A DNA stretch of 64,000 nucleotides from IMG/VR virus record IMGVR_UViG_3300018012_000099, one strand, 5' to 3'. This stretch comes from a virus (lineage: Duplodnaviria; Caudoviricetes). The position numbers were made by a program, and so were the translations under genes. Below the pieces are notes generated by a model that searched no databases, had not been told where the DNA came from, and saw only the letters and a list, made by a program, of their open reading frames with translations. Below, piece after piece: positions 20,735 through 29,675 of the stretch; positions within the stretch are counted from its first letter, which is position 1, and the number at the start of each line of letters is the position of its first letter.

Positions 20735-21742
20735 ATGAATACAACATTAGGAAAGATTTTAGTCATAGTGGGATTATTTCTCACGTTAGGGGCGTTGGGA
20801 TTTGTGATTTACAATCAGCATCAAATCTCTGTGCAGCAAACAGCCATCCAAACGGAACAGGTAGTGCAGCGCCAACTGATTGATGGTATTGTACGCAGCC
20901 AAACTAGCTGGGCAACACAACAAGATGTTGCTAATTTGCTGGCAGCTAATGGTGTCAATGCGGATGCTCTCAAAGCCATTCAGAACGATTTGAATACTCT
21001 TAATGCCTCAGTGACCACTGCCAATGTAGTTACTGTCAACAGTCAGGGGCAAAGTGTGACGGGGCAGCCAAGCACTGGTAAGGGCACGACAAATCCTAAT
21101 CCTCCTGGACCGCCCCCTGCCGGTTGTCCCTCTACTGATCCTTTCGGATTTATGCAAGCTCAGCAAACTTATCAGTTGAATGAAGATTTTGGTAATGTTA
21201 AAGTTCCCTTCGGAACAGTAGGTTTCTCCGCCTTTCAGGCTCAACCCTGGAGTGCCACTATTCCGTCGCGCACCTATACCGTGGATAATGTTATCGGTAC
21301 GGATGAAAATCAGAGAAACTATGTATATAGTCAAGTCAACATTCAAACAAATGGCAAGACTTATACGGTGCCCATTGCCTCTTCTACCACTAAACAAGTG
21401 TATCCAACCGCTAAGTTTAGCTTCTGGAACCCAAGGCTCTTATTGGGTGCGGATGGTGGTATCAACCTCAATCATGTCAGGGGTGAGTTTACTCCAAGCA
21501 TTAACGTAGGTATCATGAGCTATGGACAGTATAAAACAACTCCCGATTGGTCCATTCTAGAGGTGGGTGCTGGTTGGCAAGCCGTTAATGGAAAACCATC
21601 TTTGGTAGTTACTCCAGTGGCTTACAACGTGGGTCGTAATGTCTTCTCGCCGCTAATGAATAATACCTATGTAGCTCCCTCTGTTTCGGTCGCTTCTGAT
21701 GCCACGTGGACCGTTAGTGGCGGTCTTAGGGTAGGTTTCTAA
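20735..21742 (+). CDS. Membrane-anchored protein: N-terminal TM helix, helical stalk, beta-rich C-terminus ending in Phe (spanin-like or envelope protein)
   Basis: TM segment KILVIVGLFLTLGALGFVIY; Q-rich helical region; PPGPPPAGCP linker; alternating beta-strand C-terminus ...TWTVSGGLRVGF. Confidence 0.45.
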   Translation: MNTTLGKILVIVGLFLTLGALGFVIYNQHQISVQQTAIQTEQVVQRQLIDGIVRSQTSWATQQDVANLLAANGVNADALKAIQNDLNTLNASVTTANVVTVNSQGQSVTGQPSTGKGTTNPNPPGPPPAGCPSTDPFGFMQAQQTYQLNEDFGNVKVPFGTVGFSAFQAQPWSATIPSRTYTVDNVIGTDENQRNYVYSQVNIQTNGKTYTVPIASSTTKQVYPTAKFSFWNPRLLLGADGGINLNHVRGEFTPSINVGIMSYGQYKTTPDWSILEVGAGWQAVNGKPSLVVTPVAYNVGRNVFSPLMNNTYVAPSVSVASDATWTVSGGLRVGF

Positions 21743-22569
21743 TGTTACATATCCTCACTCTCACTTGGAACGGTGTAGATAAATTAACTAAATTGCATCA
21801 GTCCTTAATTCCAGCTCTAGGAAACTCTTCTTATACCTGGCATATCAAAGATAATGGATCTACAGACAATACAGTGGAAATAGTTAAGTCCTGGGAAAGT
21901 AATATTAGAGTTCTTCCTTATAAGGATAATAGACAAAACTTTGCAGAAGGTATGAACTATCTTTTTCATGACGTTTCGCCGCCCGATAATGATTTAATAA
22001 TGTTGCTCAATAATGATGTGATTTTTAATGACACTACCTCTATTGGTAACATGATGAATATCATTCAGAAAGATTCTACTGTTGGGGCTGTGGGCGCCAG
22101 ATTACTCTATACTAATACCGATAAGCTCCAGCATGCGGGTGTTGTCTTTGACAAACAGTACAAAACCCCCATGCACTTTCGTAGAGGGCAAGTTTCAGAT
22201 GAAATAGCGGAGAAGAATAGATTATTTCAGGTAGTTACAGGTGCCGTTTTGATTACCCGCCCTAGTGCCTATCGTGAAGTATGCAAAACCAACAAGTCAG
22301 GTTTGCCAGGTATGGATGAGAAATTTCATTGGGCATTTGATGATGTAGATTTATGTCTCTCTATCAACTACAAGCAGAAGAAAAAAATTGTCTACTGTGG
22401 CGACACTAATATTTTTCATGAAGAAAGTGCTACCCTTAAAAAACATCCAGCTAACAAACTTTTCCTTAATCACAATCTTTTGTATCTTTTTGAAAAGTGG
22501 CAAAAGACGTACACAATAGATGGGGATATATATGCTCACGACACTAGACACAATTTGTATCGTGGGTGA
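21742..22569 (+). CDS. Glycosyltransferase family 2 (GT-A)
   Basis: IKDNGSTDNT, NFAEGMN, MLLNNDV, VGAVGARLLY, LQHAGV, VTGAVL, FDDVDLCL. Confidence 0.9.
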   Translation: MLHILTLTWNGVDKLTKLHQSLIPALGNSSYTWHIKDNGSTDNTVEIVKSWESNIRVLPYKDNRQNFAEGMNYLFHDVSPPDNDLIMLLNNDVIFNDTTSIGNMMNIIQKDSTVGAVGARLLYTNTDKLQHAGVVFDKQYKTPMHFRRGQVSDEIAEKNRLFQVVTGAVLITRPSAYREVCKTNKSGLPGMDEKFHWAFDDVDLCLSINYKQKKKIVYCGDTNIFHEESATLKKHPANKLFLNHNLLYLFEKWQKTYTIDGDIYAHDTRHNLYRG

Positions 22570-22571
22570 GT

Positions 22572-23540
22572 ATGAGCAAGAAGATTCTCGTTACGGGTTC
22601 TTGTGGATTTATTTTAGGAAATTACGTTCGCAAAGCCATCTACAGTCAAAAGAAAGAAGCTGATAGGGATACCTTCATCAGTATCGATAGAGTTACAGCT
22701 AACAACTTGAACTCTATGTATTGGAACCAGAACCACAAGTTCTATCCAGCTGATATTCGTGATAATCATGTCATGGATATCATCTTTCAGCGCGAGCAAC
22801 CCGAGATTGTTATTCATGGTGCTGCCGAAACCTTTGTCGATACATCGCTTAGTGATCCGAATTCTTTTGTTACCTCTAATGTATTGGGAACTCAAGTAGT
22901 TATTAATTGCTGTCTTAAACATAATGTTAAGAAATTGGTTTACATCTCTACGGATGAGGTATATGGGCAACTGACCAGCGAGAAAGATATTGCCTGGACC
23001 GAGGAGGCGCCGTTAGACCCTAGGAACCCCTATTCAGCTTCTAAAGCGGCTGGGGAGATGCTGGTCAAAGCAGCCAACGCCAGCCATGGGTTAATTTATA
23101 ACATTACTAGAAGCTCCAACAACTATGGACCCCGCCAGCTCCCCGAGAAGCTGATTCCCAAGGCGATAAAGTGCATCCTGACTGGTCAAAAAATTCCTAT
23201 TTATGGAGAAGGTAAACAGATTCGAGATTGGACCTACGTAGATGACAATTGTAGCGCCATTTCTACGATAGTGGAGAAGGGCGCTTCCAATGAAACTTAT
23301 AACATTTCTGCCCATCAGGAGTTCACTAATATTGAAGTCATCCAGGCAGTATGTAATGCTATGAATGAAGGGTATCAACTTATCTCCTTTATCCCAGATC
23401 CCCGTCCTGGTCACGATTTTCGCTACGCAGTAGATACTTCTAAGCTACAAGCTTTGGGGTGGAAACCTTCCTATAAGCTTAAGGGCGGGCTGGAGGAGAC
23501 GGTGAATTGGTATAAGTTGAACCAGTGGTTTTTGAAGTGA
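22572..23540 (+). CDS. rfbB: dTDP-glucose 4,6-dehydratase (extended SDR)
   Basis: LVTGSCGFILG, HGAAETFVDTS, YISTDEVYG (T-D-E), YSASK (YxxxK), SNNYGPRQLPEKLIP, RDWTYVDD, RPGHDFRYAVD. Confidence 0.9.
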   Translation: MSKKILVTGSCGFILGNYVRKAIYSQKKEADRDTFISIDRVTANNLNSMYWNQNHKFYPADIRDNHVMDIIFQREQPEIVIHGAAETFVDTSLSDPNSFVTSNVLGTQVVINCCLKHNVKKLVYISTDEVYGQLTSEKDIAWTEEAPLDPRNPYSASKAAGEMLVKAANASHGLIYNITRSSNNYGPRQLPEKLIPKAIKCILTGQKIPIYGEGKQIRDWTYVDDNCSAISTIVEKGASNETYNISAHQEFTNIEVIQAVCNAMNEGYQLISFIPDPRPGHDFRYAVDTSKLQALGWKPSYKLKGGLEETVNWYKLNQWFLK

Positions 23541-23546
23541 TATAAT
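23538..23546 (+). promoter_or_regulatory. Extended -10 promoter (TGnTATAAT) upstream of tubulin
   Basis: Perfect TGATATAAT, also at 54845; variants at 17352, 27557, 45916, 53667 and 59916, all intergenic before non-virion genes. Confidence 0.55.
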
Positions 23547-23566
23547 AGGACGCAAGGAGAAAGAGA

Positions 23567-24928
23567 ATGCCAGCAACATCAGTAACGGAACAGGGAAAAC
23601 CAGAAGAAATAGTAGATAACATGCCTAATACAGAAGTTAAAACAGAAGATAAAATGGATGCTAGCAAGTTGGCGGCGCTAAAAGCCAAAAGTGAAACCAA
23701 ACAACAGGAGAGTAAGATGGCAGCTAAGATCGTATCAAGAAAAGAAAGAAGTATTGCTTTAGGTGTAGTAGGATCGGGTCAAGCCGGCTCTAGATTAGCT
23801 GAAGCTTTTTATCAGCTAGGCTACGATACAGTAGCTATCAATACTGCCATGCAAGATTTAAAATTTATTAACATTCCAGATGCCAACAAACTATTGTTAG
23901 AGCACGGTTTGGGTGGAGCGGCTAAAGAAATTGAAATTGGTCGTGCGGCAGCCGAATCGCATCGTGGCGAAATTCTTCAAATGCTGAACGATAAGTTAGC
24001 TGGTTCCCAGATTAATTTACTCTGCCTTTCTTTAGGGGGCGGTTCGGGAGCAGGTTCTTGTGAAACTTTGGTTGACGTTCTGTCTGGCACAGGTAAGCCA
24101 CTAGTAGTAATTACTGTGCTCCCGATGGATAATGAAGATGCTCAAACTAAGACTAACGCGTTAGAAACTCTTTCTAAGTTAGCTAGAATGGCTCAAAATA
24201 AAAAGATTAATAACCTAATTGTAGTTGATAACGCTAAACTAGAAGTTATCTACCATAACGTTAGTCAAATGGAATTCTTCGGTGTTGCTAACAAGGCAAT
24301 TGTAGAGCCTATCGATATTTTTAATACGCTCTCTTCCATGCCATCCTCCGTCAAAGGACTTGATCCTATGGAGTGGGGCAAGCTATTCACTGATGGTGAA
24401 GGTTTGACGGTTTATGGGGAATTGACTGTGGATAACTTTTCTGAAGACACCGCTATTGCCGAAGCAGTGGTTAACAATTTGAATGGTAATTTGTTAGCTG
24501 GTGGTTTTGATCTTAAACAATCGAGATATGTGGGCGTAATTATTGCTGCCAACAAAGAGGTTTGGGCAAAGATTCCAAGCTCTAGTATCACTTATGCTAT
24601 GGCTATGATCAATGATCAATGTGGTACTCCTAAGGGAGTTTTCAAAGGTATTTACACCGTAGAAACTCCTGACCCTGTTGTCAAAGTATACAGTATGTTC
24701 AGCGGTCTCGGTTTGCCAGAGTCCCGCGTCACTCAGCTCAAGAAGGAAGCTCACGAGCACACCACCGCTGTCAAGAACAAGGATGAAGCTCGTAACCTCA
24801 ATCTACAATTGGAAACGGGCACTAACGAAACGGTTTCTGCGGCACAAAAGATCAAAGATAAGATGGCTGCCAAATCTTCTGCTTTTGGTAAACTGGTTGG
24901 AGGGGTGGTAGATAGGCGCAAACAATGA
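23567..24928 (+). CDS. Tubulin/FtsZ-family GTPase (PhuZ/TubZ-like)
   Basis: GSGQAGSRLA (T1), AINTA, GLGG, GGGSGAG (tubulin signature), VVDN, T7-like GLDPME; charged N- and C-terminal tails; AAGGAG SD. Confidence 0.88.
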   Translation: MPATSVTEQGKPEEIVDNMPNTEVKTEDKMDASKLAALKAKSETKQQESKMAAKIVSRKERSIALGVVGSGQAGSRLAEAFYQLGYDTVAINTAMQDLKFINIPDANKLLLEHGLGGAAKEIEIGRAAAESHRGEILQMLNDKLAGSQINLLCLSLGGGSGAGSCETLVDVLSGTGKPLVVITVLPMDNEDAQTKTNALETLSKLARMAQNKKINNLIVVDNAKLEVIYHNVSQMEFFGVANKAIVEPIDIFNTLSSMPSSVKGLDPMEWGKLFTDGEGLTVYGELTVDNFSEDTAIAEAVVNNLNGNLLAGGFDLKQSRYVGVIIAANKEVWAKIPSSSITYAMAMINDQCGTPKGVFKGIYTVETPDPVVKVYSMFSGLGLPESRVTQLKKEAHEHTTAVKNKDEARNLNLQLETGTNETVSAAQKIKDKMAAKSSAFGKLVGGVVDRRKQ

Positions 24929-24988
24929 GTAGTCTATACTGGATTTATTGTCTAGAGAATAAAATCGATGAAAAATATAGGAAAAGTA

Positions 24989-25267
24989 ATGAATCAGGAC
25001 AATAAACATAGAATGGTATCCCTTTTAGGTAGTTGCCTAAATAAACTAGTAACCGTTTATACAGATGCGGGAACCAACTATACTGGTGTGTTGAAAGAGA
25101 TTAAACCAGAAATTATTGATAACTACATAATATTAAGCACCTGGGATTCTTCTTCTCAAAAAGTAGATGGTTCTAAAATAGTCTCTTTTTACTGTGGCGA
25201 AGATGGGCTTAACCTGGAAGTAAGAGAGCTTATTGGAAAGTTTTATGAGAATAGGAGAAAGTCATAA
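24989..25267 (+). CDS. Small Sm/LSm-like beta-barrel protein 1 (putative)
   Basis: L-x2-LNKLVTVYTDAGTNYTGVLKEI matches an Sm1-type pattern; paralog of 25870..26094. Confidence 0.5.
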   Translation: MNQDNKHRMVSLLGSCLNKLVTVYTDAGTNYTGVLKEIKPEIIDNYIILSTWDSSSQKVDGSKIVSFYCGEDGLNLEVRELIGKFYENRRKS

Positions 25268-25551
25268 TGGAAATTTTAGAATCGGACAAATTCTATGATG
25301 TATTGGCTAAATTAGATGGTACGGAAGTTACCGTATACACTACCCACGGGAAAAATTTTAGTGGTCTTTTGCATTTTTCACGCAACAGTTTTGTGGTGGA
25401 ACTTATTCCGACCGATAAATGGGAATTAAAGCGATATGGCTCTTCTTTTGTTCCAATTGGTGTTGTCTTTGCTGCACGCGAATTAAAACCGTGCAGTTCT
25501 GATGAATCTAAAGATGATGGTTGTGATGACTGCGATGAAAGCAAAGGTTAA
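25267..25551 (+). CDS. Small Sm/LSm-like beta-barrel protein 2 with acidic tail (putative)
   Basis: LAKLDGTEVTVYTTHGKNFSGLL; Sm2-like FVPIGVVFAA; acidic tail DESKDDGCDDCDES. Confidence 0.5.
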   Translation: MEILESDKFYDVLAKLDGTEVTVYTTHGKNFSGLLHFSRNSFVVELIPTDKWELKRYGSSFVPIGVVFAARELKPCSSDESKDDGCDDCDESKG

Positions 25552-25553
25552 AG

Positions 25554-25862
25554 ATGGAATCGGATATTCTTAAGAATTTTATCAAACAAGACGTGGAAAT
25601 ATTGGTGGGAGGCGTGTGGATCGAAGGTTATTTGCTCCCTATCGTCAAAAACATCGTGACATTAGTTCCAATTGGATTAGCTAAAGAACATTATGGACCT
25701 ACCGCTTGCAAAATGGAAGTTATCCAGGCTATTAGGCAGGTGAGAAGACCAGCGCAGACCAATTCCGCCGTTCCCAACGATCCGTCCCCTCCGGCATCAG
25801 TTCGTTCCGGTTTTGAAGCAGCTCAACAAGGTCACCCCGGTAACCGATTTGTCCATAAATAA
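25554..25862 (+). CDS. Small Sm/LSm-like (DUF2642/YuzF-like) protein 3 (putative)
   Basis: LKNFIKQDVEILVGGVWIEGYL...IVTLV...MEVIQAIR. Confidence 0.45.
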   Translation: MESDILKNFIKQDVEILVGGVWIEGYLLPIVKNIVTLVPIGLAKEHYGPTACKMEVIQAIRQVRRPAQTNSAVPNDPSPPASVRSGFEAAQQGHPGNRFVHK

Positions 25863-25869
25863 GGAGAAA

Positions 25870-26094
25870 ATGATGAGACAGAATGAACATAGGATGGTAT
25901 CTCTAATTGGTAACTATTTAAGTAAAAATGTCAGCATAAATATAAGCGGTGGCACCGTGCTTTATGGCAAATTACTGGAAATAAAACCAGAAAAAATTGA
26001 TAATTATTTAATTCTTGAAACAAGCTTTGGAACAAGATATGTGGATGCATCACGCATAGAATCTTTTGCAATTGATGAACACAAGCCGGAATAA
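25870..26094 (+). CDS. Small Sm/LSm-like beta-barrel protein 4 (putative)
   Basis: LSKNVSINISGGTVLYGKLLEI...YLIL...YVDASRIESF; AAGGAG SD; paralog of protein 1. Confidence 0.55.
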   Translation: MMRQNEHRMVSLIGNYLSKNVSINISGGTVLYGKLLEIKPEKIDNYLILETSFGTRYVDASRIESFAIDEHKPE

Positions 26095-26108
26095 TTACAC
26101 ATTATTGT

Positions 26109-26681
26109 ATGTCTCAATGCACAATTTATCTACTTAAAAATACCATTAATTCTAAAGTTTACGTAGGTCAAACTTGGTATACTTTGCCAGAACGATGGAA
26201 AGGCGGTGCTGGTTACGTGCACTGTGCATATTTACATAATGCAATCAATAAATATGGTGCTGATAAATTTTGCTACGAAATTTTAGCTACCACCTCTAAT
26301 CAAGAAAATGCCGATTATCTCGAAGATTATTACATCAATTATTTTGACAGTCGTAACAAGGATAAAGGATATAATATTAGAGAAGGTGGCAGTCGTGGCA
26401 AAAATTCTGATGAAACTATAATTAAAATGTCCAAGGCGCAAATGGGTGAGAAAAATGCTATGTTTGGCAAACGTCACTCACCAGATACTAAAAAATTGAT
26501 GTCGGAAAATAGAGAAGATAGTAGCGGTGAGAAAAATCCTAGAGCGGTTCTCACTGAAAAATTAGTAGAAGAAATTAGAATTGATACCAGATCTGAAAGA
26601 GTTATAGCAAAAGAATATGGCGTATCTCGATCTACCATTAACAGTATCAAACGTGGTATAAATTGGAGAAACAATGGCTAA
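26109..26681 (+). CDS. GIY-YIG homing endonuclease with NUMOD3 and C-terminal HTH
   Basis: TIYLLKN..NSKVYVGQT, LHNAINKYG..F, GYNIREGG, NAMFGKRHSPDTK (NUMOD3), NPRAVLTE. Confidence 0.88.
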   Translation: MSQCTIYLLKNTINSKVYVGQTWYTLPERWKGGAGYVHCAYLHNAINKYGADKFCYEILATTSNQENADYLEDYYINYFDSRNKDKGYNIREGGSRGKNSDETIIKMSKAQMGEKNAMFGKRHSPDTKKLMSENREDSSGEKNPRAVLTEKLVEEIRIDTRSERVIAKEYGVSRSTINSIKRGINWRNNG

Positions 26682-27528
26682 TTTAATTAAAGGGATAGAT
26701 GTCAGTATTATTCAGGGCAATATTGATTGGCAGGCTGTGGTTGCATCTGGTATACAATTTTGTATAATGAGATGTGGGGTCGGCAACGGTGGAATAGATT
26801 CTAATTATGCTAAAAATGTTGCTGGGGCTAAGGCAGCAGGAATTAAAGTGGCATGTTATCATTTTATTTATCCTTTACCTACCATACCTTCACAGCCTTT
26901 ACGCGATCCTATTAAACAGGCTCAATATCATTTTAACGCTTCTTTGGGCGAATTAACTTGTGTGGATTGTGAATGGCCCGCACCACAAGATTGGAGTAAA
27001 TGGGGCTGTAATTCTGCGCAGCTCAACCAGTGGATGTTAACCTATTTACAAGAATACGAGCGCCTTAGTGGTCGTAAGCCGCTTATTTATACTTATCCAA
27101 ATTGGGCTGATAATGTTGGTTTTCAAGCAGCATTTTCCCAGTATCCCTTGTGGATTGCCAGTTATCAAGCCAATCCGGACATTCCGCACCCATGGTCCGA
27201 TTGGGTGCTATGGCAGAACACAGGTGGAGGCGGACATTTACCAACCACAGGTGCACCCGTAGATACTGATTTAGCTAAAGATCTTTCATTATGGGATACA
27301 ACAGCAGCACCCACTAATGAGCCTATACCAGATCACCAACCTGATCCTCCTATCAATTCAAACCCAGTTCCAGCACCCATCACGCCACCCCCGGCTGTAA
27401 CGCCAACTTCACCGCCTGTTATTATGGTGCCACCTACTACCAACACCGTGAGTAAGGATTTTAATATTGTGATGGGATTATTTCGTGCCTTATTGAATTT
27501 ATTTAAAGAAGAGTTGCCCAAGCTATAA
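26674..27528 (+). CDS. Endolysin, GH25 muramidase, with Pro-rich linker
   Basis: KGIDVS..QGNIDW, ACYHF, DCE (DxE), PLIYT, YPLWIASY, WVLWQ, VDTD; followed by a Pro/Thr-rich tail. Confidence 0.88.
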   Translation: MANLIKGIDVSIIQGNIDWQAVVASGIQFCIMRCGVGNGGIDSNYAKNVAGAKAAGIKVACYHFIYPLPTIPSQPLRDPIKQAQYHFNASLGELTCVDCEWPAPQDWSKWGCNSAQLNQWMLTYLQEYERLSGRKPLIYTYPNWADNVGFQAAFSQYPLWIASYQANPDIPHPWSDWVLWQNTGGGGHLPTTGAPVDTDLAKDLSLWDTTAAPTNEPIPDHQPDPPINSNPVPAPITPPPAVTPTSPPVIMVPPTTNTVSKDFNIVMGLFRALLNLFKEELPKL

Positions 27529-27574
27529 ACTATTAGAATGTCGAGAAAAAGGTGCCGGTTATATATGAATCAGC

Positions 27575-29098
27575 ATGGCTAAACTCGTCATCAAGGGCAA
27601 CACCTCACAGATTATGGAAGAGGCGGATGTGGGGCATATTCTTGCTCTAGATAAACATTTGTCTTTTTTCGTTCAGGGCGCGGAGCACACTGCGGCTTAT
27701 CGCGGTTTCATCAACCGCGATGGTGATTATGTCAAGTGGGATGGTTTTAAGAAATTACTTACACCCACCTTACAGTTAGCTACAGGTTTGGTAGATAGGG
27801 TCAAAGATTTCTATCAGGTGGCTGGTAAGCCATTGGAAATTGTGGATCGACGTCCCGCTAAATCAGTAGGAAAAGAGCGACATATTCTGTTTAATTTGCA
27901 AAAGATTAACAAACTTCCTTACCCTTACCAATTAGAAATTTTAGATGTCATTGACAAATATGATCGAGGAATTATAAAGGTAGCTACGGGTGGTGGCAAA
28001 TCTTTGATCGCCGCTCTTATTGCTGCAAAATTAGGTAAAAAGACTATTATTTATGTTATTGGTAAAGATTTATTATACCAGTTTCACGCGTTTTTTTCAC
28101 AGGTATTCGACGAACCTATCGGTATCATTGGTGATGGTCAGTGCGAGATACATGACATCAATATCGCTAGTATTTGGACAGTGGGTCAAGCCATTGGTAT
28201 GAAGAAGAATGAGATTCTGTTAGATTCTGACGATGAGGAGGAGACTCTCAGTAAGAACAAATATGCTAATATTGAACGGATGATGAAGGATGCTAAAGTC
28301 CATATCATTGACGAATGTCATATGTCAGCCTGCGAAACCGTTCAACAGATTTTCAAGCACTCTAAACCAGAACACCTATACGGCTTGAGTGGTAGTCCGT
28401 GGCGTGATGATGGCGCCGATCTATTAATTGAATCAGTGCTGGGTAAATATATTGTCAATATTCCAGCTTCTCGTTTGATTAGGGAGGGATATTTAGCCAA
28501 AGCTATTATTCGATTTCGTGTTGTTCCTCCCTACCCATATGATATTGAAAAATCGTATCCTTCTATCTATAAGAAGTATGTGGTAGAAAATGAAGTTCGC
28601 AACGGTTTAATTTTGGATGCTGCCAAAACGCTGGTAGGTAAAGGCTATCAAACATTAATCTTGTTCAGTAGTCTTAAACATGGCAGGATTCTATACGATC
28701 TGTTTAAGCAACACATGAAGTGTGCTATTCTGGATGGTAGTAACGATAAAGATGAGCGACAGCAAGTTAAAAAGGATTTAGAAGATCGTAAGATCGATTG
28801 TATTCTAGCTTCCAAGATTTTTGATATCGGAGTAGATATTCCTAGTTTAGCAGGATTGGTTATCGCTTGTGGTGGCAAATCTACTGTCAAGGCGTTACAA
28901 AGGGTAGGGAGGGTCATCCGTAAATATCCTGGTAAAACATTTGCGGTAGTAATAGATTTCTGTGATCAAATAACCTATCTAGATAATCATTCGCGCATTC
29001 GACACAAGATTTATACCTCAGAGGACGGTTTCGACGTCAATTGGCCCATCGAAGAAAAGAAAAAGAGAAAGTCAAAGAAACATGATAAAGAAGAGTGA
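27575..29098 (+). CDS. Superfamily 2 helicase (UvsW/XPB/ResIII-like)
   Basis: VATGGGKS (Walker A), IIDECH, GLSGSPWRDDG, IFDIGVDIP, QRVGRVIR. Confidence 0.9.
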   Translation: MAKLVIKGNTSQIMEEADVGHILALDKHLSFFVQGAEHTAAYRGFINRDGDYVKWDGFKKLLTPTLQLATGLVDRVKDFYQVAGKPLEIVDRRPAKSVGKERHILFNLQKINKLPYPYQLEILDVIDKYDRGIIKVATGGGKSLIAALIAAKLGKKTIIYVIGKDLLYQFHAFFSQVFDEPIGIIGDGQCEIHDINIASIWTVGQAIGMKKNEILLDSDDEEETLSKNKYANIERMMKDAKVHIIDECHMSACETVQQIFKHSKPEHLYGLSGSPWRDDGADLLIESVLGKYIVNIPASRLIREGYLAKAIIRFRVVPPYPYDIEKSYPSIYKKYVVENEVRNGLILDAAKTLVGKGYQTLILFSSLKHGRILYDLFKQHMKCAILDGSNDKDERQQVKKDLEDRKIDCILASKIFDIGVDIPSLAGLVIACGGKSTVKALQRVGRVIRKYPGKTFAVVIDFCDQITYLDNHSRIRHKIYTSEDGFDVNWPIEEKKKRKSKKHDKEE

Positions 29099-29675
29099 AG
29101 GGGAGCTTAATTCCATCCCTAACGAAAAATACGAGAAGTTCTTTGCTAAATTCGACGAGATCGAAACATTAGAGGTGTCACGATGGAAAATTGCTCACCT
29201 CCTCGGCTATTTTTGTCAAAAATGGAAAGCTATCTATGGTAATGATTATCATTGGAAATTCAATAACCAAAACCCTAACAAGTGTTTCGAGGTGTGGCAG
29301 ATGAACACGCTGGTGGCTAAACTATCAGCCAACCCACAAATCCTTAAAGATTATATTGATTGGGTTTTCGTCAATATCGTTCCCAAGAAGAGCAAACTGC
29401 GTTCTATTTCTTTTATGACCAATGATGATGTAGTCATTCCGTACAAGATGAACGTGTTATTAGGGGGTAAGAAGAATCTCAACGTGGATCGTTCTACTCT
29501 TTTGCCCTTTGAATATCGTCATATTTTAGGTCATTGTGGATTATTATCTCTCGTTAGCTACGGAGATTTAGCTTTTGCTTATCAAATGGATCCCCGTCCA
29601 GATAATCTTTCAGATGCCATTAATCAAATGGTCGAGGCTGGGTTCGATCCAGAAATTCTTAAAAGGATCGTATGA
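29082..29675 (+). CDS. Hypothetical protein in the replication module (possible initiator or loader partner)
   Basis: 197-aa coupled ORF between the SF2 helicase and DnaC; assigned by position only. Confidence 0.4.
   Translation: MIKKSEGELNSIPNEKYEKFFAKFDEIETLEVSRWKIAHLLGYFCQKWKAIYGNDYHWKFNNQNPNKCFEVWQMNTLVAKLSANPQILKDYIDWVFVNIVPKKSKLRSISFMTNDDVVIPYKMNVLLGGKKNLNVDRSTLLPFEYRHILGHCGLLSLVSYGDLAFAYQMDPRPDNLSDAINQMVEAGFDPEILKRIV

Noticed and set aside
23567-26094. Phage-nucleus (chimallin) locus
   Set aside because: No ORF of suitable size or character lies near the tubulin; this cannot be claimed from this window.
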